From Oopsacas minuta (Eukaryota; Animalia; Porifera): a stretch of 29,365 nt of DNA. Under the pieces are notes generated by a model that was not told where the DNA came from, searched no databases, and saw only the letters and a list, made by a program, of their open reading frames with translations. This document shows, piece after piece, positions 1 to 10,212 of this stretch. Every line of letters starts with the position of its first letter. Positions within the stretch are counted from its first letter, which is position 1. The DNA is taken from contig JAKMXF010000067.1 of NCBI GenBank assembly GCA_024704765.1, positions 1 to 29,365 of the forward strand, in the 5' to 3' direction. The position numbers and the translations under genes are program-made.

Positions 1-180
1 TCACTGTATCAGGGATAATAGTGTATAAGTAATTATTCTCTCTCTCTGTAGTAATACTAGTCAAGTCACCACCCCATACAGCACAACTAGATTAAGCATC
101 TAACCAGTTGATTCCATCTCTCACTTCAAATAATCGATAGCAAAAGTCATCATAGATCAGATCACATCCTCCTGAGTTAC
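1..180 (-). pseudogene. C-type lectin domain exon, type B (5' part; runs off the window), with in-frame TAA at 92-94
   Basis: Acceptor AG at 182-181, then (G)NSGGCDLIYDDFCYRLFEVRDGINWLDA*SSCAVWGGDLTSITTERENNYLYTIIPDTV. Paralogous exons have CAA (Q) at the stop position. Confidence 0.85.
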
Positions 181-760
181 CTATCAAATTAGGTAACTAA
201 AAATTATACAAAAGTATTTACAACAGTATATTTATTTGAAAGGACCAAATACATTCTATAATATTTCACTATGTACTTCGTACATTATATACATTATTAA
301 GGGTCACATCGTCCAGGATATTAATAGATCAATATAGGATTCTCGGAGTTAGATTTTTGAATAGTCAGATTTTCAATTATGTGATTAGATATCAACTCCT
401 TGAAAATGTCGAATTTTACCCGTAGTATGCTATTGCTACACATAACACATCAAAACTAATTTTAGAACCTACATGCAGCTAATATATATTCTTGCTGTCA
501 CATAGCTATGACTTTAACTTTTCTGAAAAATATATAGAAATTTATAACTAGCTATCAATACCAGCGCTTCTATGGTTTTACGATATTTCTATTACAAAAT
601 TAAACATCCGTTTATATTTTACGTATATATATGGTGTGTAGGATCTTGTCCAGAATTTTTAATTGTGATGCTCCAAATATACAGGATTTAGACCTAATTA
701 TACTGGTCAGTCTGAAATATATTTTCAAGTGTGTGCTGATTTTTTAATACAATCACTTAC

Positions 761-1195
761 CTGCTTTGTTGCAGAAATAACAAGGTCTAGTAAAGGAACA
801 CCGTCTATTAATCCAACCGCTTGATAATACTCCTTCTACATTACTATATCTGAATCTAACACAGTCATTATCAGGACCTCCTGTGGGACTTGCATGACCA
901 AAGTTTGATTGGAAGTTCCTATAAGTACTGTTGCTACCATCTACCCATACAAATGCACTTACATTAGTACCAGCCTCTACATCTATATCATTTAGACCAA
1001 TATAACATGAAAAAGAATTATTGAAATCTATAATGGTATAGAACAATAAGCTATCTTCTTCTGCTGACTTGATTGTAGCAAGATGCCCTCCCCAGTTATT
1101 GCATTCTAATTCAGCATTTGTCCAATTTATTGGGCTCACTATGAAGTATCCAAATGTTGTATCATCATATGTTAGAGAAATATTAGGAGTTTGTG
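761..1195 (-). CDS. C-type lectin domain exon, type A (exon 2 of the left lectin receptor gene)
   Basis: 435-bp open phase 1-1 exon (ttaag|CACAAACT...AAAGCAG|gtaagt). CTLD motifs C..WGG.LATI, CYIGLND, FVWVDG, DCV, W.N..C, CYFC. Close paralog of 25989-26423, including flanking introns. Confidence 0.92.
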
Positions 1196-1832
1196 CTTAA
1201 GAAAGAGATAAAAAACATGATATTTAATTTATACGTTAGTATATTGACTAGCTAATTCTATACTAAATTATCTAACAGAACCGTTTTGCAAAGTCCTTGT
1301 ACATATACATCCTAATATATAAATATAATTGTAGATTATGTGTGAGACAAGTATTACAATTATTACATCGTTCAATTTATACCATTTGATCGTCCAAACT
1401 TAAATGGGATGACAAGATCCTGCATTATTCTAGGGAAGACTTAGCCAAACGTATCATAGCTGGTAGCAAATATGGATACATTGAATTTAACTCCGTGAAA
1501 TGTGATTTTTATGATGTCCAATGCAATTTTATCGAGTTGTAGCTTGGCCAGTATCAACAGTATAGCCTTGTGAATATTTGTTGGGTAGAAACATGATAAA
1601 CCTGGCCACCTTCTACAACAATGGGCATATACTAGGGTCAACTATGATTTGTACCAAATTCTGTCTATTAACAACCCTCAAGTGCAATAGCTGGACAAAT
1701 GTCGTTTTGACAGACGGCAACTATGTACACGCTATATAAAATTTACAAGGTAATAAGGTTCTACTGTTTATAAAGAGTGCGCACATACATATATTAGCTA
1801 AGGCAGAAATTCAAACTTAATAAGATAGTTAC

Positions 1833-1902
1833 CTGTTAAGATGGAAGAGAGTAATGCACTTATCGTGAATAATAGAATGACTTGATAAAGTCTTGTTCCC
1901 AT
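1833..1902 (-). CDS. Signal-peptide first exon (MGTRLYQVILLFTISALLSSILT) of the left C-type lectin receptor gene
   Basis: ATG at 1902-1900, 23 codons with a basic N-terminus and hydrophobic core, then a phase-1 donor (ACAG|gtaact) that splices in frame to the 1195 acceptor, giving ...ILTA-QTPNIS. Confidence 0.75.
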
Positions 1903-2291
1903 CTCAGTGCAAGTTAGTTTGATTCATATAATACTAATGAATTGACTTTATAATTTGCAATTTATTATTCCCAAATTCAATATGCAAACAATATTAGTTA
2001 CAAATGAAATACGAGAACTTTATGAATACATACAAATACCTCGAGTGGATATATTGCAACATGCAAGATTCTTCAGTGGTTCAATTACGTTTTGAAAGTA
2101 TACAATTGGATAGTTACTTTTCTTGAGTTTAGCATATAACATGTAAGAGATTTCTGTGATTCTCATAGCAGATTACTTTATGCAGTTTTGACATAGCTTC
2201 AAAATTGAGCGATTGATGCCATATTTTATAGAATGCTATACTCAACTGTATTGCAAAATGCAAATACATTGTGGAAGTTATCCCGCTGTTG

Positions 2292-2340
2292 TAGTGCCAT
2301 CTGTCCCCCCTAATTTAATCCCCCGGACTTCTGGCACTAG
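2292..2340. repeat. Short GC-rich dispersed element (TAGTGCCA...TGGCACTA); inverted degenerate copy at 3138-3197
   Basis: The reverse complement of 2292-2340 shares TAGTGCCAGAAGTC(C/T)GGG(G/A)GATT and GGGGGGACAG with 3138-3197. Confidence 0.6.
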
Positions 2341-2644
2341 GGTCAATAGTCCTCCCTTTGGGTCCGATGTACCCACCAGGACTTGTAGCACTAGAGCAAG
2401 GCGTCCTTGTACCAGTTAGATTTACTCAAAATATCCTAGATATTATGTTATATTCTAATGATGAATCATTAATCATAATTCATAACAACTAATAACAATA
2501 AATACCCGTTCTACTTCTGAAATTAGTTTCTATATTCTATAGTACTAGTAAAACCTATTTCAAATTCAGGTATTTCCAATGAATTTGTTACTATGACTTT
2601 CTCTGCCATCTCTTCGTGCACACTCGAAGTGTTTTTTTTGATGG

Positions 2645-2954
2645 AGGAACAGAGTTATGTTCAATTGTTCTAGACAGATGTGTAGATGTATCCTTATCTG
2701 GGTTTGATCGAAGGAGCACGTGTGTGGGTCAATGCCTTGGCATAATGTTGTAACAAAAAGCTATAGAAAATAGTCCACAATCTGCTCCTCTTGACTGTCT
2801 TTGAGTTTCGGCAAAATGTAATTCAAAACTGCGATCAGTTGTTTTAAGTATTGCAGCCACTTGTTTTCTCAAAGATGACGAACCAATTGAACATGCTGGA
2901 GTGCTATCATAAACATCAGACTATATTCACTATAATAGTACTTCTCTATCAATG
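2645..2954 (-). pseudogene. Decayed Ulp1/C48-like cysteine protease fragment, probably transposon-borne
   Basis: Minus-strand translation VYDSTPACSIGSSSLRKQVAAILKTTDRSFELHFAETQRQSRGADCGLFSIAF, then a frameshift at the A5 run 2755-2759, then VTTLCQGIDPHTCSFDQTQIRIHLHICLEQ. It contains the VYDS and Q.Q..G.DCG motifs of Ulp1-like proteases. Confidence 0.72.
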
Positions 2955-3137
2955 AAGGTCAGGAAACTACTTGACTTGATTGTAGGAACCACAAAATACT
3001 TGATTTTTAGACAACAATCTCTGTCTAAATCAGTGTCAATTACTATCATTGTTATTCAAGGGGTGTGCTCGAGCACCCATTGCGCGCTTCTAGATAGTGG
3101 ATACGCCACTAAGTATGTACAGTTGAAACCGGTGTCA

Positions 3138-3197
3138 TAGTGCCAGAAGTCTGGGAGATTCCTTGCCTTAGTTCCAGATGTCCGGGGGGACAGCTGA
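3138..3197. repeat. Second, inverted copy of the short GC-rich element at 2292-2340
   Basis: TAGTGCCAGAAGTCTGGGAGATT...GTCCGGGGGGACAGCTGAC matches the reverse complement of 2292-2340. Confidence 0.55.
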
Positions 3198-3512
3198 CCC
3201 TCTCACACCGCCTGTATCACGTATGTAAGTATGTATAATATTAGAATTCAATAAAATATTGTTCAATCCGCCTATTAGCAACTGTTTTCATGGAAGAGGA
3301 TATAAAGTACTGGTTTGTATAATAATTTGTGTGCATAAAAATTGTGTAATAGCAATGAAAAATATACAAAATTCGATTTGCAATTAGAAAGTTTCCACTG
3401 TATTAATATAAAATATTTAGACATTAGAAGCACTGATAAGTAACATATCTAAGGATGACCAATCTTATGTCGAGTTAGCGAAATGTATATGATTATAACT
3501 TGTATTCTTTAG

Positions 3513-3730
3513 GAAGAATTTTACTAAGTTGTCGCACCGAGAATACACAATATTATCTCTATAATGACAGAACACTAGTTTGTGCGAGTAGTGACACTAG
3601 TACAGAGCCAGAATGGAGACGAAATGGTGCAGTGATCAATGGAATCTGGGATCCTGTAATAGGAATAAGTACACTAGACATAACTACATCACAACAGGGA
3701 TATTATACATGTACTCTTGTAACAGGGACA
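3513..3730 (+). pseudogene. 5' part of an Ig-like exon of a fossil receptor paralog, interrupted by TE insertions
   Basis: Acceptor tttag at 3508-3512. GRILLSCRTENTQYYLYNDRTLVCAS...W...LDITTSQQGYYTC aligns by eye with the C-type Ig exons (GRLDF..ENTFLF..TLAC...W...VDIT.QGYYQC). Confidence 0.7.
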
Positions 3731-4500
3731 ATACATCCGAAAGTTGAGTATGCCTCTAGCGTATGGTCACCTATTTTCAAGAAGATCGACACGCTTGAGA
3801 GAGTTCAGAGAAGTGCCACCAAATGCGTTAGTTGTTTATCACATTTTGCCTATAGTGAGAGGATGCGTGCGTTAGGGTTGATTTGTTTAGAAAATAGGAG
3901 GAAAAGAGCTGATTCAATTTTAACATGGAAAATATTGAATAGTCACTTGTCTAATAATTTTGATATTCCTCTTACTTTGCGAGCAGTTAATAGGTTTAGG
4001 GATCACTCCCTTCACCTAGTTCCACCACAAAACCGTCCTGTTATGACGTCGGTCAGAATGAATGTTTTTACGGAAAGAGTGGCAAATGTATGGAATCAGC
4101 TACCCGAAGAAGGTATATCTGCTCCCTCTCTATCCACTTTCAAGGGTAAGCTTGACAAATTCTATAGAAACGAGCGAAACCTACTACCTTGTTCATAAGA
4201 TAAGAAGTCATTATTTTGTATTCCCCAGCCTGGTATTTGATTTTCCAGTTTCTAGTCGTTTGTATATTACTTTCACCTAAACTCTACTATGTTTTCATCT
4301 TGAGTTGTGCTTCAGTCTTTCCCATCTGTACTTTGTTTTCGGTCCTTTTGTGGTTTTTGGGTTTTGATCTTAACTTATATTTACAGCTATTCAACTTTAA
4401 TTTATAGTTTTCTGTTAAATAGTTTTGATGTGCCCAAGCTTCCTCAGGCAGCACTGTTTGTATTGTACATTTTACTCTGCACTAATTATTACTATTATTA
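3731..4500 (+). mobile_element. 5'-truncated non-LTR retrotransposon (CR1/L2-type): ORF2 C-terminus, 3' UTR and degenerate (ATT)n tail
   Basis: 3731-4198 encodes HPKVEYASSVWSP...LERVQRSATK...YSER...L.LE.RR.RAD...F..RV...WN.LP...SL..FK.KLD, the typical post-RT tail of CR1/L2-clade LINEs. Tail attattactattatta at about 4484-4500. Confidence 0.85.
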
Positions 4501-4929
4501 CGAGCCATTGGCTAGCCGCTTCGTGATGAACTCAGCGGATTGCGCCTCGAGGTATTCAACGGACAAACAAACAACAATTGAGATTTAATAATATTGATAT
4601 TGTTTACAATATCCAAACTCAGCATACTCGATTACCCCAGGATAGTCATTAAAGTATGATTCTACCTCAATATAAAATTTATTTACTTTATATACATAAA
4701 AACAACAATAAATTTATATATGATTAATCCATAAGTGTGAAAATCGGTTTCAGCATGTTCGGTATATCTAGTGAAGTTTTATTCAATTCTATTTACTTCC
4801 TTGATAAACACGATAATACATAGTCATGCGATAATTTAACATTGCATACCGTAAATCCTTTCCTTGACAACGGACAAACAAACAAACAAACAAACAGACA
4901 GACACCAATTGAGATTCAATAATATAGAT
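4499..4929 (+). mobile_element. Helentron-associated/DINE-1-like non-autonomous element with a duplicated 3' module
   Basis: The module caacggacaaacaaac(...)caattgagatt(t/c)aataatat(t/a)gat occurs at 4557-4598 and 4868-4929, with an (ACAA/ACAG)n microsatellite near the 3' end and an internal gtgaaaatcggt. The family assignment is from resemblance only. Confidence 0.5.
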
Positions 4930-5334
4930 TATATACAAGTGTTACCAGCTCCTATTGAACCGCTTCCAGTTAATGATTTAATTCAGACAATGATAATTGT
5001 ACAACAATTATCGTAATTATTGGAGCGATAGTTATACTCATCCCAATATGTGGTGTTATATACATCAAAAAGCGAAAGCGGATTTATTCTAAACTTACCA
5101 AACATCCCAATGCTTCAAAATCCAATCTCACAGATGCTGAACATAAACCTGGTAATGTTAATCTACCCACAATGCTCAGGTGGAAGTAAAACAAATGTGT
5201 ATTTAGGTACAGAGGTCTTAAACATAAAAAAATTAGGGAAAGACCCACCAAAAACAAATAAAGATGAAATAAAGAAACAAGAAAAGTCTAATGGAAGAAT
5301 TCCAATAATAAACAAATATGAAAGGAGAGTATAG
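4930..5334 (+). pseudogene. Continuation of the fossil receptor: end of Ig domain, TM helix and cytoplasmic tail (frameshifted)
   Basis: YIQVLPAPIEPLPVNDLIQTMIIV, then a 1-nt shift near 5000, then TTIIVIIGAIVILIPICGVIYIKKRKRIYSKLTKHPNASKSN. This is similar to IIVTTIILVPIFIFLYIKKRRPTKGKLSQCPKPSRSN of the 10213-11253 exon. Confidence 0.7.
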
Positions 5335-5375
5335 AAAATGAAATATGGAAATACACACATAGATAGAGTTGTATA

Positions 5376-6163
5376 TCAAAATATCAGTAGACAGTTCATA
5401 TTATGATTACACACTACAATAACTCTATCATGATTGTCTACTGTTACTGCTGTTGGATGCTCAGAGACTGGAATATTGTGAATTGATTGGATTTCAGGAT
5501 TGAAGATAGAAATAGAAATAGAAGAATAATCAGAATTGTAATGTTGCAAGAATTGTCAATAAAGAATGATCGGGGATATATTACTTGATTTCCATGTCCT
5601 CGTGAAATTGCACTCTTCAGGAGTATGTGATTATGATTGAATAGATGGATACAAGGATTAGATTCATCTAACACATAAATGTATTCTTTAGAGAGTTTAA
5701 CATCAAGAAGGAATGTGAATGAACCAATTTGTGATTTGGATTGGAAATCTTTTGAGAGTATTTGAACTCGATTGTTATTAGAATCACTAATGTAAATATC
5801 ATCATTAGATTTATTGACTGCTATACTCTTAGGATAGCTGAATTCTAATTTTCCTTTTCCCTGTTTACCATTGCTAGAAATATATTCACCATTAAAGTTA
5901 TAATTCAATATATAGTGGTTGTGAGTAATTATCATCCTACTCTTACAAATAACTAAGCTTCTTGGACAGGACATCTTTCCTTCATCTATACTGTCACCAA
6001 ATTTGAATATATATCCAGCAGTACTGTCAAATACTTTAACACAGTTATTAAAACAATCTGCTATATAGATATCTCCAGTTTTGTTGTCAACTATAACACA
6101 ACCGGGATAGGTAAGTTCCTCATTTCCTTTTCCTCTCTTACTAGCACTCACAAGAGGGTGCAT
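5376..6163 (-). pseudogene. NHL-repeat (beta-propeller; TRIM71/NHL-like) coding sequence with a 1-bp deletion near 5534
   Basis: Repeats YP..V.VD..TGDIYIAD..NN.VKVFD and F.YP..IAV....DIYISD..NNRVQIL. Restoring one base gives NITISDYSSISIFIFNPE...VTVDNHDRVIVV...LLIF* with the stop at 5378-5376. Could be an assembly error rather than a true pseudogene. Confidence 0.8.
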
Positions 6164-6773
6164 CCTCCTTGTTATCTATTATTGTTCTCACACTCTATTA
6201 GGATTAGCTGTGGCCATTATTCCTAGATATTTTTAGTTCAACTAATCAATAGCAATAATCATTAGGCATACCTGTAGTCGTGGTCTACTAAAGATTAGGC
6301 TTAATAACTTATTTGGACCAGGGATAAGAGGAAGTTGATATATTTGATGGGAGAATCAAGAAACTAGTACATTTCCACCCGAATATATTTATTTTGATAT
6401 CTAAGAATTCACAAACGCCACATTATTGAAAGTTTCAGATCGAAGTTAGGTCATTTGTTAGCGTAATTGTAAAATATATATAAATAACTCCTTCGTCTTT
6501 GAGATTATGCAGAATGATAATTATTTATCTATGTTCAAAATGTTGAAATATCAAATAATCTAAAATGGTCTCTGTTCAAAATTTATGAATCTTTTCATGA
6601 TAAGGTTAGCAAGTTTCTGAGTTATCATGCAGCCCATGGATGTTGCATGTTTTAACAATATCCACTTATAACTTTATCATCGTGGAATTTATTGTCATAT
6701 CAGGATACATTATTTAGGGGACAATGTACTAGTTGCCTATTATCGACGATTATAGATTTTCCTATCAAAATAT

Positions 6774-7178
6774 GGGGCGCATGCATTTGTTAGAATTTAG
6801 AAGTTGTCATTTGTTAGAATCATGCAAACCTTCACTTGTTAGAATCAGTTTTGAGGTAACCTTCACTTGTTGCAATCATTATAACTTGTCTTCTTTTGTC
6901 GAAATTTCAAGCGCTTCGTCATCTGTATGGATACGATAGTCCAATCAAATACCACGCTAGTTATCCGAACGAGTGTACTAAAATGCTCATCTTCTCAGCT
7001 CAAGCCAAGCTAGCTAGATAATCCATGAAAATGCCAATNAAATACTCTCATCAACTCATAGCGTTGGAGTTGTGTATTCAACAATACATCATGAATGAAC
7101 CATTCTAACAAATGCAAACATATGAAAACTCATTCTAACAAGTGCAAACTGTAGAAATTCTAACAAATGCTGCGCCCC
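6774..7178. mobile_element. TIR element with three CA(T/C)TTGTTAGAAT repeats inside each end; spans the single-N join at 7039
   Basis: Left end GGGGCGCATGCATTTGTTAGAATTT; reverse complement of the right end GGGGCGCAGCATTTGTTAGAATTT. Motif x3 at 6784-6845 and inverted x3 at 7102-7169. No TSD seen. Confidence 0.65.
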
Positions 7179-7791
7179 CGTCTGGTATTGATTGAAGGAA
7201 CTGGAAGACCTACAGGGCTGATTATACTGTACAGGGGTATTATGGGTCTGGCTAGGACAAGTTTCAATTCACACATATGCTGAAATTATGAAGTCATTGT
7301 TTGCTTTTGGATTTTCGAAAAAGACATTACTAACAAGTGCTCAGCCAATTTTAATGATAGGAGTTTGAAATTTCTATCACAGGTAACCCAGTGTAACAAA
7401 TGTCCCTACGTCATGACTCTAGTGATGAGTATATTCTGTCGCATAGCCTTCATAAATCTATACAATTTCGCTGTTGAATAATACGCAGAGATCTAGCAAG
7501 CGATGCAAGCCAGTCACACTATTAATATATTCAGTGTTCTTGTTGAATAAGAATCAATAATTATGGTAGAAACCTCAATTCTTTCATTAACATAGATATT
7601 ATTCTTGTAGTTAGGTTTCGTCTCAATATTCATAAAATATCTTAGTAAATTAGCTGATTACTATCAATACTGTATTTGGATTATCACTGACTTGCGAATA
7701 ATATAGGAAAACGATCAATACGGATTAAGCATGATTCTACCACAATTTTGAAATTTGTTTACTTTAAGTACCTAAAAGCAATATGTTGTTT

Positions 7792-7816
7792 ACACACACA
7801 CACACACACACACACA
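7792..7816. repeat. (AC)12 microsatellite
   Basis: Direct reading of the sequence. Confidence 0.95.
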
Positions 7817-8844
7817 ATTATGATTTCATAATATAAATAATTATCCATGTCAGGTTATACTTGTGTTAATTTGTTGGTGTATTTTTAACTAATGGTTAAA
7901 CAGAAAATTACACTATTAATTAAATTAGAATTAATCAACGCACAAAATGAATCAACAAATATTCAATTGTTCGGCTAATTACATACGTGTAATTATTGTT
8001 TAGCTTATTCTATGTGTATCTCGTGAATTCTAGGAAATGTGAATAATTCTTAATGTACAAATTCCCAGAAAAATATTTCGGGTCAAAGTATTTGTATAAT
8101 TGTATAAGATCATTGAAGTTAGTTTTTGCTGTTTGTATTCGCTGGAATTTTGTAAATTCTCACCAAATATAGGAGAAGCAAATCAATAAACTCTGACTTT
8201 ATACAAAATATTAAACTTAAAATTGAAATCCACTTTTTGATTCAGGAGGAGCATCTCTAGAACCCTTGAAAGATAATGAAGTATCTCCACAAATTAGAAC
8301 AGATATCTAGAACTCTGAAGTGTGAATCCCATCAACTGATTATTGATGTAACATAAGAATCAGTTTGTCTGTTGTATATCTACTTGTCTTAGTATATATT
8401 TTATTGTTGCCTATTACCCAATGTAAATAATCCAGGTCAGTAGCTATGTGTTACAATAACTTTGGTAGTCATTATGTATCTGTGAAATCACATATAAGAA
8501 AATAATAAATGAATCTTTGGAATTTGCAAGTATACGTATTTGAGGAAGAAAAGTTGAGCAGATTGAAAACAGTTGTCCAAATTACAATCCTAGACATATC
8601 AATAAGGCTATCAGAAAGAAAATAAGATTCTGTTGAATATACAAAACTAACGATACCATGTAAATTCCAAATATACTTTCACAAATACAAAACAGTTATC
8701 TTTCTTCTAATACAAAATACTTTTCAAATATTCTACATGTGTTCACACTATACCTGTAGAATATACAAATACATAATTCATACTAGGATATAATATAAAT
8801 TAAGAGAAGGGTAGAAAACTATAAACATTTCTGAAACTTCTAAG

Positions 8845-10211
8845 ATGATATCAACTAACAAGGAAATTATCTTTGTAATACTCATATTAAATTGTTTTGT
8901 TGTACTGGTCAAAGGCAACTGTGGGAATAGCCAAATAACCTGCAAAGATGGTACATCTAAATATGAATGTAGTGTTCATGGACAAAACACAGATGCAATA
9001 CAACAAAAAATGTACGAATGTTCTCAAGGAACTAAGGTCAGCCTCGCTATTGAACTCATCTTAGGGGGAGAAGGCGCTACATTGAATCTAAGCTTACCGA
9101 GTAATATAGAAGCTTTGTTTGTCTATAATTATTTCGACACAGCGTGCCATGTTGAAACTTCTTTGATAAATTCTAATATTGTAAGGATATCATTTAGCGG
9201 CAATGAAGTGTTCATCAATCATAACGACTTTTTAACATATTTCCCGAACTTGCAGGACTTCTATGCGCAAAACTTGGGATCGGATTTGATGCCATTTTTC
9301 ACCAACAATGTACATGTAACATCAATAGAAGTATACGAATCAACAATAACGGAAGGAAATGGTGTCATAGATCGGAGTATCATAGGAAGACTAGAGAAAT
9401 TAGAAGTATTTAATTGGGAGTATGGAAATCTAACAAAATTAATGCCCGATTCCTTTAACGAAACAAATATGTTAACACATTTGAGCTTTGTTGGAAATAA
9501 GATTAATGAGTTAAATGACTGTACTTTCCTGGGTTTACTGAATTTGGAACAACTGGATCTGTCTGGTAATGACATAACCAAAGTTGGAAAATATGCATTC
9601 ATTGGTTTGGAAAGTTTACAAATCATACGCTTGAGTAACAATCCATCATTTCTATTATCGACTCTAACAGTAGCGAAGAGCATTACAAGAATATACATAA
9701 AAAATTATAATCCTGCGTTATTGAATCCAGGAATTTTTCAACAATTCCCAAAATTATCACTTATAAATATGAGAGGTATTTCAGTTGATTGCACCTGTGA
9801 AATGGAATGGATTTCAATATTAAAAAACGAGTATAGCATCCGAATATCTTTAGACTCAAGCAGTTGCTCAGGAAATCCAAGCCTCCAAGTAGACGATCCT
9901 AGCCTTTATGTAAACTGTAGTAACCCCAGTTATCAGTGCTTCAATCATTCAATAGTATGTCCTGGTAATAATACGTGGTATAGAGCTGATACAGAAGATG
10001 GTTGTAACTGTACTTATCCACCAGAACGTGCCTTCTACAATGATAGTAGTTTCGTATGTTCAGACATAGATGAGTGTGAAGACAGTAGTATTACATGTCA
10101 AGGTAACTGTACAAACACAATTGGTTCCTACACATGTGATTGTCGCGATGGATTCATTAATCTCAATGAAACGTTCTGTAATGACGTGAATGAATGCGAG
10201 GTAGATAATGG
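8845..10211 (+). CDS. Secreted or receptor LRR protein: signal peptide, LRRs, LRR-CT, EGF-like and Ca-binding EGF domains; truncated at the single-N join 10212
   Basis: Uninterrupted ORF. N-terminal hydrophobic signal, LRRs such as LTHLSFVGNKINEL and LEQLDLSGNDITKV, LRR-CT (CTCEMEWI...CS), and cbEGF DIDECE...C.NTIGSY.C.C and DVNECE. The ORF tail after 10212 belongs to another contig. Confidence 0.9.
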
Positions 10212-10212
10212 N

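Noticed and set aside
3120-3400. Possible TA-flanked MITE (CAGTTGAAAC / GTTTCCACTG)
   Set aside because: Only about 10 bp of imperfect inverted match, which is insufficient.
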